64,000 bases of DNA from Candidatus Dormiibacterota bacterium (GTDB taxonomy: Bacteria > Chloroflexota > Dormibacteria > Aeolococcales > Aeolococcaceae): positions 145,701-209,700 of the forward strand of contig CAWFUO010000012.1 in NCBI GenBank assembly GCA_963819095.1, read 5' to 3'. Below the pieces are notes generated by a model. That model ran no database searches. It was not told the origin of the DNA and saw only the letters and a program-made list of their open reading frames with translations. Positions 11,284 to 27,136 of the stretch are shown one piece after another. Each line of letters begins with the position of its first letter. Position 1 is the first letter of the stretch. The position numbers and the translations under genes are program-made.

Positions 11284-12485
11284 CGCCGGGCGACCTCGCG
11301 GTCGCGCAACGCGGCCACGCCCGGCAGGGTTCTCCCCTCGAGAAACTCGATGGTCGCGCCGCCGCCGGTGCTGATAAAGCCGATCTTGTCAGCAACGCCG
11401 GCGTCCTGGACGGCGGCGGCGAGGTCTCCCCCGCCGACCACGCTCATGGCTTTGGATGCCGCGACGGCGCGTGCCACCTGGTGCGTGCCCTTCGCGAAGG
11501 CCGGGATCTCATAGATCCCGAGCGGGCCGTTCCAGATGATCGTCCCGGCGGTGGCGCAATCGGCGGCGATGCGCGCAACGGTGTCCGGACCGGCGTCGAC
11601 CACCATCCAGCCATCGGGAATCGCCTTCCACGCAACGACCTGGGTCGGCGCGTCGGCCTCAACCCGCTCGACGACCACGCCGTCGACGGGCAGGCGCAGA
11701 TCGGCGCGCCGTTCAGGCGCGGAGCCGAGCAGACGCCGGGCGGTGGGCACCTGATCGTCCTCAACGAGCGATGTCCCGGTGCTCTCGCCGAGGGCGCGAT
11801 AGAAGGTGCAGGCCATCGCACCACCAACCCACAGCACGTCGACACGGTCGAGGAGATGGTCGAGCACGCCCACCTTGGTCGAGATCTTCGATCCGCCGAC
11901 GATGGCCACCACCGGGGTCCGCGGATTGTCCATGACGCCGCCGAGCATCTCGAGCTCCCGGGCCATCAGTTTGCCGGCGACCGCGGGGAGCAGATGCGCA
12001 ACGCCCTCGGTCGACGCGTGGGCGCGGTGCGCCGTGCCGAAGGCGTCGTTGACATAGATGTCGCCAAACGTCGCGAGCTTCCTCGCGAACTCCGGGTCGT
12101 TGGTCTCCTCGCCGGGCTCGAAGCGGACGTTCTCCAGCATGCCCACGTCGCCGTCGCGGAGCGAGTCGACCATGCTCTGGGCGCTGTCCCCAACCACGTC
12201 GGAGGCGAGGCGCACGTCGGCGCCGAGCAGGCTGCTGAGCCGGGCGGCAATCGGTCCGAGCCGCGCGCTGTCGTCGATCCTGCCCTTGGGTCGGCCGAGA
12301 TGCGCCACCACGATCACGCGGGCGTTGTGCGCGCGGAGCGCCTCGATGGTGGGGATCGCCTCGCGGATCCTGCGGTCGTCGGTGATGGCACCGTCGCGCA
12401 TCGGCACGTTGAGATCCTCGCGGAGCAGCACCCGCTTGCCGTGCACATCGACATCGTCGATGGTTGCCTTCGACGGAGCGGCCAT
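11280..12485 (-). CDS. pgk: phosphoglycerate kinase
   Basis: 401 aa with RxDLNVP and STGGGA motifs. 4-nt overlap with tpiA. Confidence 0.95.
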   Translation of the reverse strand: MAAPSKATIDDVDVHGKRVLLREDLNVPMRDGAITDDRRIREAIPTIEALRAHNARVIVVAHLGRPKGRIDDSARLGPIAARLSSLLGADVRLASDVVGDSAQSMVDSLRDGDVGMLENVRFEPGEETNDPEFARKLATFGDIYVNDAFGTAHRAHASTEGVAHLLPAVAGKLMARELEMLGGVMDNPRTPVVAIVGGSKISTKVGVLDHLLDRVDVLWVGGAMACTFYRALGESTGTSLVEDDQVPTARRLLGSAPERRADLRLPVDGVVVERVEADAPTQVVAWKAIPDGWMVVDAGPDTVARIAADCATAGTIIWNGPLGIYEIPAFAKGTHQVARAVAASKAMSVVGGGDLAAAVQDAGVADKIGFISTGGGATIEFLEGRTLPGVAALRDREVARR

Positions 12486-12492
12486 GGTGAGC

Positions 12493-13527
<1,035 letters not shown>

Positions 13528-14397
13528 TCAGCGCCTGGCGGCACGCGCATCCACCCTATCACCGCCCTCGCCCGCCGCGGCGACCAGGCGGTGCAGGCGC
13601 CCGGCCATCGCGGGCCGGCTGCAGCCCGCTCGCTCGGCGAGCTGCGCCAGGTCATCGTCCGGGTGGAGGGAGCGGAGCGCGGCGGCCTCTCGGAGCGCCG
13701 GTGGCAGCGCCTCCCAGCGGACCGAGTCGGCTTCCAGCGCGGCGATCGATTCCAGTTGTCGGACCCCCGCTGCCGCCGTCCGGCGCAGGTTGGCCGTCTC
13801 GGCGTTGAGGCGGCGGTTCACGCCGCTGCGAACCTCGCGGATCACCCGCCCCGCCTCGAATGTCAGGCGTCCTGCCTGTGCGCCGATGGAGCTCAGGGCG
13901 TCACCCACCGCGGGGCCGGAGCGGACCGTGACCACCCATCGCCCCCGCCGCCTCCGCGTTCGCGCGCTGACGCCGAGGCTCACAAAATCGGCGACCAGGC
14001 GGAACGCGCCAGGTTCATCCGCGCAACCGATCTCGAGGTATGGCTCGCCGTCGGGACGCACGAGGCGCCCTGCGCCGAGGAACGCGCCGCGCAGGCGGGT
14101 TTTCCGGCAGCACGGGAGCTCTGACGAGGGTTGCAACGCTGAGGGATCGACGCCCACGACAACGTAATGAGTGCGTCTCGCCGCCACAACTCGAGAGACG
14201 TGCACCGGGATCCCATCGGCATGCAGCGCCTGCATCGCTGCGCGCACCGCAACCGGCCGTGTGGTCGCGATCGAACCCGGCACCGCCGTCACCAGCGCCA
14301 GACCCTCGACCAGCGAGCGACGGCAGTGCGGAAGCAGCGGTGTATAGGGCGCGAGCTCCGCGACCACGCGCTGGGTGAAGGAGAGGGCCGCGTCCAT
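13528..14397 (-). CDS. whiA: DNA-binding protein WhiA
   Basis: C-terminal HTH LAQLAERAGCSRPAMAGRLHRL. Position upstream of gap-pgk-tpi as in actinobacteria. Start taken at the internal Met (MDAALSFTQ). Confidence 0.8.
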   Translation of the reverse strand: MDAALSFTQRVVAELAPYTPLLPHCRRSLVEGLALVTAVPGSIATTRPVAVRAAMQALHADGIPVHVSRVVAARRTHYVVVGVDPSALQPSSELPCCRKTRLRGAFLGAGRLVRPDGEPYLEIGCADEPGAFRLVADFVSLGVSARTRRRRGRWVVTVRSGPAVGDALSSIGAQAGRLTFEAGRVIREVRSGVNRRLNAETANLRRTAAAGVRQLESIAALEADSVRWEALPPALREAAALRSLHPDDDLAQLAERAGCSRPAMAGRLHRLVAAAGEGGDRVDARAARR

Positions 14398-14432
14398 GCC
14401 CGACTTGGCATGCGCCCGGCGTGCTTGCGGCA

Positions 14433-17400
14433 TCAGCCTGTCACGGGCGAGAGCGCGGCCCATCTGGCTTCGACGCGACGGACGTGCGCGACCCCTGCGG
14501 GACCCCGCTTGCTCTCGTACAGCGCGACGGCGCGCCTGGACTGCTCGAATGCGCCGTTGATGTCGCCCGACAGGTACAGCACTTCGCCGAGGGCGAGGGA
14601 TGCCTGGGCAATCTCCATCGGTGCCTGGGTGGTTGCGGCCAGATCAACTGCATGCTGGGCAAGGCCCATCGCCTCTTCGAAGCCACCACTGCGCGCGAGG
14701 AGCTTGGCGCGGACGCCGAAACCGGCCACCTGGGTCAGGATGTCCCCGGCTCCTCCCAGCTCGAGGCCCCGAAGCACCCAGTGTTCGGCCTCCTCAAGAC
14801 GACCGAGCGCGTACAGCGCCTCAGCGAGCTGGCAGGCCGACGTCGAGAGCCAGGCGCGTTCGCCCATCTGCTCGAGCTCATCAACACCTTGCCGAGCAGC
14901 GCGCTCCGCGGCATCGAGATCGCCGGCCAGGGTTTCGATCTGCCACGCAGCCTGCATCACAATCGCGGTCCCGGTGACCATCCCCCGTTCGCGCATCTGA
15001 TCGAGGATTTCGGCAAAGAGGACGCGTGCTTCTGCGTATTCCCCTCGGTACGCGAGAACGAAAGCCTTCCATACAGCGAGAATCGGCTGGAAGCCGCGGA
15101 GCTCCTGCAGCTCCTGCGCGAACCAGACCAGCGCGTCATCAAATGGGACTGACCCGTTGGCCATCGCCGCCGAGCGAAGCGCCGGCGACGCCGTGGCCGT
15201 CCAGGACACCTCCGCGTCACGTGCATGCTGCGCGACGCGCGTTGACGCCTCGAACGATGCATCGAACCGGCCCCGGTAATGCTCGACGAACGCAGCTGCG
15301 GCTTCGAGCGTTGCCAGGGAATCCTTGTCCCCGCTCCGTTCGATGACGGGCCGGGCTCGGTCCACCAGCGCGCTCATCTCGTTCTCGTACGTTTCGGGGT
15401 CGAGGTTTGTTCGCCAGACGACGCCGATCAATCGCGCCTGCAGCGCCCGAACCTCCAGGCCGGCCGACTCCGACCGATCCGCTGCCCGGTCAGCACGAGC
15501 GATCGCGTCGCTCAGCCTGCCAACCATGCCGAGCGCCTGGATGAGCGCTTCCTCGAGGGGGAATGCGATCTCGCCATCAGGAAGGAGGAGTTCCGCCCGC
15601 TGCAGAAGGTTGATCGTCGCGCTGGTGTCGCCCCGGTCCAGCGCGCGCCTGCCGGCGGCCTGCAGTCGCTCTGCGCCGGCGGTCGCGAGCGCGCGAGCCA
15701 CCGCGTCCACCGGTCCCAACTCGGCGCGATACCGGAACGCCTGCTCGAGGTGATAGCCGGCAATCTCATCCAGCTCCTCGAGATCGCCGCCGTGCTGGAT
15801 CAGCCACTCGGCAAACCGCGCGTGCAGGTCGGCACGTTCTGCTTTGGGCAATGAGTCGTACGCGGCGTCGCGGATCAGAAGATGACGGAAGGCGAAAGCG
15901 TCCTCGCCCGCGAAGACCGGGCGGTCGGGACGCAGCAGATCCTTGCGCACCAGGGTCATCAGCCGCCCTCCGACGTCGTGTTCCTCAGGTGCCATCACCT
16001 CGACCGCGCCGCGATGAAAGGACTGTCCTTCGACCGATCCGCGCTCGAGCAGACCGCGGTCCTCGGGTCGCAGCTGATCGAACCGTGCTGCCAGCAGTGC
16101 CTTGATGTTCGGTGGAACGATGACGTCGTGGTTGGTTGACTCCCGGACCATCGCGACGATCTCCTCGACGAACAGCGGGTTTCCGGCAGCTGTGACGCGA
16201 ACCCGGTCACGCAGCTCCGGCGGGATGTCACCGCCGGCTGGAAGCAGCTCATCGATCAGCGCCTGCGTGTCGGCCGCATTGAGCGGTTCGAGCAGCACGG
16301 TGGTGGCGTTGAGCTTTCCACCGCCCCATCCAGGGCGCCGGTCGAGGAGCTCCGGCCGGCCCAGGCACAGCACCAGGATCGGCGCGCCGCGACTGAAGTC
16401 ACCGATATGCTCGATCAGATCGAGGAGAGTTGGCTCACCCCAGTGCACGTCATCAAGGACGATGACCAACGGTTTCGCCTCCGCGGCAGCCTCGAGCAGC
16501 TTGCGGACGGCCCACGCGATCTCGGTCGATGACGTCGTGATGCCGGCGTCGCCAAGCAGAGCCTTGATCGGTGTGGATACCGCGCTGTCACGCTCCAACA
16601 GCGCTGCAGCTTCGCCGGCCGTCCCGCCGAGCAACTGCTTGACCATCGCGATCACCGGCCAGTAGGTGATGCCCTCGCCATACGACAGGCAGCGTCCGCG
16701 CAGATGGGTTGCGTCGATGCTGCCGAGGAACTCCGCGATGAGCCGGGTCTTGCCGACGCCGGCGGCGCCGAGGACGGTGAACATGCTGCACGACCGTCCG
16801 TCGACGACATTGGCGAACGCGTCGTTGAGCATGCGGAGGTGCGTTCCCCGCCCGACCATCGGACCCTCGATCCTGTGGCCTTTGTCGCGCTCCTCAGCGC
16901 CCAGCGCCACAAAGCGGTACGCCGACACCGGGAGGCTCTTGCCCTTCAGCTCGAGCGGCGCGAGCGGCTCGACGGTCACCGCGTCACGGACCAGCCGCCA
17001 CGTCTCGGGACCGATGATGATCTCGCCCGGTGCAGCCGCCTGCTCGAGACGCGCTGCCAGGTTGACCGCATCGCCCGTGGCGAGCCGCTCCTCCGTGCCG
17101 GTGACGACCTGCCCCGTGTTCACGCCTGTCCGCACCGTCACAGTGGTTCCGTAGTCGCGTTCGAGGTCGCTGTTCAGAACCGTGAGCGCATCGCGCAGGC
17201 CCACCGCCGCGCGGACGGCACGCAGCGCGTCGTCCTCGTGCAGCACCGGCACACCGAAGACGGCCATCACGGCGTCGCCGATGAACTTCTCCACCGTCCC
17301 ACCATGCTGTTCGATGACCTTGCGAGCGGCGTCGAAGTAGCGGCGCATCACCTGACGGAGGCTCTCCGGATCCAGCCGCTCGCCCATCGCGGTCGATCCG

Positions 17401-17537
17401 GTGACGTCGCAGAAGAGCACGGTGACGGTCTTGCGCTGCGCTCTCGGGGCAGATGTGATCGTCAGTGGCGCGCCACAGCCGTTGCAGAACCCCGCGTCCG
17501 CGGGGTTTTCCCTGCCGCAGTTGGCGCACGTGGTCAC
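14433..17537 (-). CDS. zinc-ribbon / class III adenylate-guanylate cyclase / AAA(NB-ARC-like) ATPase / TPR STAND protein (1034 aa, intact)
   Basis: CANCGRENPADAGFCNGCG zinc ribbon. Cyclase domain VTVLFCDVTGST..FIGDAVMAVFG. P-loop LGAAGVGKTRL. Long TPR-like C-terminus. No LuxR HTH seen. Confidence 0.85.
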   Translation of the reverse strand: MTTCANCGRENPADAGFCNGCGAPLTITSAPRAQRKTVTVLFCDVTGSTAMGERLDPESLRQVMRRYFDAARKVIEQHGGTVEKFIGDAVMAVFGVPVLHEDDALRAVRAAVGLRDALTVLNSDLERDYGTTVTVRTGVNTGQVVTGTEERLATGDAVNLAARLEQAAAPGEIIIGPETWRLVRDAVTVEPLAPLELKGKSLPVSAYRFVALGAEERDKGHRIEGPMVGRGTHLRMLNDAFANVVDGRSCSMFTVLGAAGVGKTRLIAEFLGSIDATHLRGRCLSYGEGITYWPVIAMVKQLLGGTAGEAAALLERDSAVSTPIKALLGDAGITTSSTEIAWAVRKLLEAAAEAKPLVIVLDDVHWGEPTLLDLIEHIGDFSRGAPILVLCLGRPELLDRRPGWGGGKLNATTVLLEPLNAADTQALIDELLPAGGDIPPELRDRVRVTAAGNPLFVEEIVAMVRESTNHDVIVPPNIKALLAARFDQLRPEDRGLLERGSVEGQSFHRGAVEVMAPEEHDVGGRLMTLVRKDLLRPDRPVFAGEDAFAFRHLLIRDAAYDSLPKAERADLHARFAEWLIQHGGDLEELDEIAGYHLEQAFRYRAELGPVDAVARALATAGAERLQAAGRRALDRGDTSATINLLQRAELLLPDGEIAFPLEEALIQALGMVGRLSDAIARADRAADRSESAGLEVRALQARLIGVVWRTNLDPETYENEMSALVDRARPVIERSGDKDSLATLEAAAAFVEHYRGRFDASFEASTRVAQHARDAEVSWTATASPALRSAAMANGSVPFDDALVWFAQELQELRGFQPILAVWKAFVLAYRGEYAEARVLFAEILDQMRERGMVTGTAIVMQAAWQIETLAGDLDAAERAARQGVDELEQMGERAWLSTSACQLAEALYALGRLEEAEHWVLRGLELGGAGDILTQVAGFGVRAKLLARSGGFEEAMGLAQHAVDLAATTQAPMEIAQASLALGEVLYLSGDINGAFEQSRRAVALYESKRGPAGVAHVRRVEARWAALSPVTG

Positions 17538-17944
17538 AGCCGCGGATCGTGAACGTCAACATCGCGGTGGGTCACCGTGACTACGAGACCCTCGCCACGC
17601 AGACGTTCCGCGAGCGCCTCGACGATCACCACGGAGCGGTGCCTCCCACCGGTGCAGCCCACGGCGACGCTGAGGGGATGCTTGCCCCGTTCCGCACTTT
17701 GGTGGGCGGACCACGCAATCAGCCCCTGGGTCCGATCGATGAGCTCGCGCGCCACCTCGTCCTCGAGCACGTAGTCTCGAACCGCCTCGTCGAGCCCGGT
17801 GAAGGATCGCAGTTCGGGGACCCAGAACGGGTTGCGCACCATGCGCGCGTCCACCACCCAGCCGGCGTCGGCCGGAAGACCGAACTTGAAGCCGAAGGAC
17901 ATCATCGTCATCGCGATGTCCGCCGTCGGTTCCTCCTCGCTCAC
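17534..17944 (-). CDS. rapZ: RapZ (RNase adapter) C-terminal domain only, 136 aa
   Basis: SFGFKFGLP.DA..VVDARMVRNPFWVPELR..TGLD and CTGGRHRSV match the RapZ C-terminal domain. There is no coding room for the N-terminal P-loop domain. GTGA/TGA overlaps with uvrC upstream and the cyclase gene downstream. Confidence 0.7.
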   Translation of the reverse strand: MSEEEPTADIAMTMMSFGFKFGLPADAGWVVDARMVRNPFWVPELRSFTGLDEAVRDYVLEDEVARELIDRTQGLIAWSAHQSAERGKHPLSVAVGCTGGRHRSVVIVEALAERLRGEGLVVTVTHRDVDVHDPRL

Positions 17945-19962
17945 AGCAGTTCCTTGACGCGCAACGCCACGGGCCGCGGCACCACGGTGGTGAGCTGCTC
18001 GAGCGGCGCGTCGCGAATGGCGTCGATGCTGCCGAAGTGCCGGAGCAGCGCCCGGCGCCGAACCGGGCCGAGACCGGGCACGACGTCGAGCTTCGACCGC
18101 AGCGCGGCGCGACCACGCCGCGCACGGTGATGAGTGATCGCAAAACGATGCGCCTCATCGCGTACGCGCTGCACGAGGAAAAGCGTCGGGCTGTCCTTCT
18201 CGATGATGATCGGCCGTGCGCGGCCCGGCCTGTACAGCTCCTCATTGCGCTTGGCGAGCCCGAAGACCGGGACCTTGGTGAGCCCCGCTTCGCGAAGCGC
18301 TTTCACCGCCGCGCTCAACTGCCCCTTGCCACCGTCGATGAGGATGAGATCGGGCAGCACAGAAAAGCTCAGATCGGCGTCATCGGCACCGCCGCGCGGC
18401 GCTCGCCGCGGCCGTTCATTGGTGCCGTTGGCGCCTGCCGGATCAAGCATCGGGACATCCGCGTTCGAGCCGTCGTCACGCGGCCCGAGCCGGCGGAAGC
18501 GGCGACGCAACGTCTCCTCGATGGAGGCGAAATCGTTGGAGCCCTCGACGGTTTTGATGCCGAAATGACGGTAGCTCGCCGGCGCAGGTCTGCCGTCCTC
18601 GAAGACGACCATCGAGCCGACCGAGTTGGTGCCCATGGTGTTGCTGATGTCGTAGCACTCGATGCGTTGCGGTGGCGCCGGGAGCTGCAGGCGGGTCGCG
18701 AGATCATCGAGCAGCGCCTCGGTCTTGGCGGCATCGTAGTCGTCCACGATGCGCTGCTGCCGCAGCGCGACGAGCGCCGTCTCCGCGGCCTGCGCGATCA
18801 AACGCCGGGCGTCACCACGTTTGGGGACGCGCACCTCCACGGGACCGCCGCGTTGCTCGATCAGGACTTCCTCGAAGACCGCGCGATCCTCGATGTCGTC
18901 GGACACCAGGAGGCGCCGCGGGATGGAGGTCACGTTGGCGTAGTACTGCGGCAGGAAGGCGCCGAGGCATGCGGCGGCATCGAGACCGGCGACGCCCTCG
19001 AGCTCGTGCGTCTCCATCGCCATCACGCGGCCCTGGCGAATGCTGAGCACCGCTGCCATGGCGCGCCCCGCCTCGACGGCAACCGCGATGCAATCCTCGT
19101 CGGAGCGAGCCCCGCGCAGCACCGTCTGCCGCTCGCTGATCCGCTCGATGGCCCGCAGGCGGTCGCGAAATCGCGCAGCGAGCTCGTAGTCTCGGTTGTC
19201 GGCGGCCGCGTCCATCTGATCGCGCAGCTCATCGTGCAGGGTGTCCGACCGTCCCTCCATGAACTCCTGCACCTGCTCGAGGATCTCGGCGTACTCCGGC
19301 GCGTCGATCTTTCCCTCGCACGGCCCTGAGCAGCGCTTGATGTGGTAGTCGAGACACACGTGCCCGCGGCGGAAGATCTCGTCGCTGCAGGTGCGGAACG
19401 GGAAGATGGTGCGCAGCGAACGGACGGTGGTGCGCAGCGACTGCGCGCTCGTGTACGGCCCGAAGTAGCGGGCGCCGTCGCGGATCACCTTGCGCGTGTA
19501 ATACGGACGCGGGAAGAGCGTCGCGCCCTCGGCACTCGCCCCGCGCGGCTTGCGGACCTCCTCACGCGCGGTGCCGGGGGCGACGGCGTCGTGCACGCCC
19601 GGGCGCGGAATCTTGAGGTACAGGTAGCTCTTGTCGTCCTTGAGGCGCACGTTGAAGCGCGGGCGGTGCTGCTTGATGAGCGTGTTCTCGAGGACGAGCG
19701 CCTCGTGCTCGCTCTGACACGCGATCACCTCGAAGTCGAAGACGCTCGAGATCATCTGGTGGGTGCGCGCCTGGAGCCCGTCGATCCCGGTGAACCACGA
19801 GCGCAGACGGTTGCGCACGTTCGACGCCTTGCCCACGTAGATGACCCGCGCGTCCAGCCCTCGCATGACATACACGCCCGGACCATCCGGGGAGGCGCGC
19901 AGCCGTGCGCGCAACTGCGCCTTGTCATCGAGGAGGCGTTCTGAGCGCCTCGGGGCCGCCAT
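17941..19962 (-). CDS. uvrC: excinuclease ABC subunit C
   Basis: GIY-YIG N-terminus (GPGVYVMRGLDARVIYVGKASNVRNR) and C-terminal HhH. The track ORF (998 aa) has a ~330-aa Arg-rich GC artefact upstream of the true Met at 19962. Confidence 0.9.
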   Translation of the reverse strand: MAAPRRSERLLDDKAQLRARLRASPDGPGVYVMRGLDARVIYVGKASNVRNRLRSWFTGIDGLQARTHQMISSVFDFEVIACQSEHEALVLENTLIKQHRPRFNVRLKDDKSYLYLKIPRPGVHDAVAPGTAREEVRKPRGASAEGATLFPRPYYTRKVIRDGARYFGPYTSAQSLRTTVRSLRTIFPFRTCSDEIFRRGHVCLDYHIKRCSGPCEGKIDAPEYAEILEQVQEFMEGRSDTLHDELRDQMDAAADNRDYELAARFRDRLRAIERISERQTVLRGARSDEDCIAVAVEAGRAMAAVLSIRQGRVMAMETHELEGVAGLDAAACLGAFLPQYYANVTSIPRRLLVSDDIEDRAVFEEVLIEQRGGPVEVRVPKRGDARRLIAQAAETALVALRQQRIVDDYDAAKTEALLDDLATRLQLPAPPQRIECYDISNTMGTNSVGSMVVFEDGRPAPASYRHFGIKTVEGSNDFASIEETLRRRFRRLGPRDDGSNADVPMLDPAGANGTNERPRRAPRGGADDADLSFSVLPDLILIDGGKGQLSAAVKALREAGLTKVPVFGLAKRNEELYRPGRARPIIIEKDSPTLFLVQRVRDEAHRFAITHHRARRGRAALRSKLDVVPGLGPVRRRALLRHFGSIDAIRDAPLEQLTTVVPRPVALRVKELL

Positions 19963-19988
19963 GGTGGTCACAGCTTCAGTATCGCTGC

Positions 19989-25375
<5,387 letters not shown>

Positions 25376-25999
25376 GCCATGACCACGCCGTTCTGCGCCG
25401 CTGTCGCCATCGCGACGTAGTCGCCCTGGCAGTACCCGCGGTCATCCCAGACGGTGCGCTTGAAGGACGCCACCCAGTTGGTGGGCACGGCGATGATCTC
25501 CGCGCCGGCGAGCGCGAGCGCACGGGCGGGCTCGGGGAACCAGAGGTCGAAGCAGATGATCATGCCGACCCGCCCGAAGGGCAGGTCGACGATGGGCAGC
25601 TCGTCGCCCGGCTGGAACCAGGATTGCTCGTCGTAGTAGAGGTGCAGCTTGCGGTACGTCGCCATGCGACCCGATGCGCCGATGAGCACCGCGCTGTTGT
25701 GCCTGCAGTCGCGGTCGAGCTCGCTGATGCCGGCGACGATGTGACAGCCATGCGTGGCGCACACCTCGCGGAGCGCGCGGACGGTGGGCCCGTCGTCCGG
25801 GTCCTCAGCAGCGCGCTGCGCCTCGGCCTCGTCATCGAAGACATAGCCGCTCGACGCCAGCTCCGGAAGCACGATCAGGTTCGCTCCCTTGCTCGCCGCC
25901 GCCGACGCCCAGAGCACCGCCTGCGAACGGTTCTCCTCGAGCTCACCGACATGCGGCTCGTACTGGGCGACAGCGATGCGGACGGGGCGGCTCACACCC

Positions 26000-27136
26000 T
26001 CACGGTAGCGCAGCAGACGTGTCCCCAGGATGGCGCGGAATGCCCTCCGAGACGCCGCAGAGAATCTCGTGCGGCAGGGTGCCGGTGAGGTCCCCGACCT
26101 CGTCCGCGCCGATGCGCACCCCGTCGTGCTCGCCGATGAACATGACGGTGTCGCCGGGCTCGACACGGTCCAGGTCGGAGACGTCGACGCCGACCTGGTC
26201 CATGCTCACGATGCCGGCAATCGGGCAGCGCCGCCCGCGAATCGCCATGTGCCCGCGGTTGGAGAGCGCGCGCGGCAGACCCTGCCCGTAGCCGATGGTG
26301 GCGGTAGCGATCCGGCGCGAGGTTTCGGCGCGCCACGTGCGCCCGTAGCCGACGCTCTCACCGCGCGCGACCGTGCGCACCTGGGCCACCCGGCAGAAGA
26401 CGTTCATCGCGTGCCGCAGCGACGCGGGAGCGGGCACCGGCGGGTAGCCGTAGAACGCGATCCCGGCGCGCACGAGGTCGTGGTGCATCGCGGGATGGGC
26501 CAGGATCGCGGCGCTCCCCGACGTGTGCAGGATCGCGTCCGGCGCAACGGGCCGGAGGGCCTCGACCGCCTCGAGGAAACGGGCGTGCTGGGTGACGGTG
26601 AAACCGATGTCCGCGGCCGCGTCCGCGAAATGCGTGAAGAGCCCTGCCACCTCGATGCGATCCCCCGCGTCGCGCACCGCGTCGACGAGCGAGTCCACCG
26701 TCTCCGGCAGGGCCCCGAGCCGGTGCAGACCGGTGTCGATCTTGAGATGGACGCGTGGGCGGCGCCCGGCCGCGGCTGCCGCCACCGCACGGATCCCATC
26801 AGCATCGAGAACGCTGATGTCGACCCCTGCCGCGACCAGGTCATCGAGTGTCGCGGGCGGGCTCCAGCCGACAACGAGCACCCGCGCGTCGAACCCCGCG
26901 GCCCGCAACCCGAGCGCCTCCTGTGGCGTGTACACGCCGAGCCACGTCGCGCCGCCCGCCAACCCAGCTCGCGCTGCGATGGCCATGCCGTGCCCATAGC
27001 CGTTGGACTTGACCATGGCCATGACCTGCGCCGGCCTGACGAGGGTGGCGATGATCTCGGCGTTCCTCGACAGCGCGGCCACGTCGACCTCAACCCATCG
27101 AAGCTCCGTCGCTCGTTCCCGGCCCTCAGCGCCCAT
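26000..27136 (-). CDS. alr: alanine racemase
   Basis: VKSNGYGHG PLP-lysine motif. 378 aa intact. Confidence 0.9.
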   Translation of the reverse strand: MGAEGRERATELRWVEVDVAALSRNAEIIATLVRPAQVMAMVKSNGYGHGMAIAARAGLAGGATWLGVYTPQEALGLRAAGFDARVLVVGWSPPATLDDLVAAGVDISVLDADGIRAVAAAAAGRRPRVHLKIDTGLHRLGALPETVDSLVDAVRDAGDRIEVAGLFTHFADAAADIGFTVTQHARFLEAVEALRPVAPDAILHTSGSAAILAHPAMHHDLVRAGIAFYGYPPVPAPASLRHAMNVFCRVAQVRTVARGESVGYGRTWRAETSRRIATATIGYGQGLPRALSNRGHMAIRGRRCPIAGIVSMDQVGVDVSDLDRVEPGDTVMFIGEHDGVRIGADEVGDLTGTLPHEILCGVSEGIPRHPGDTSAALP

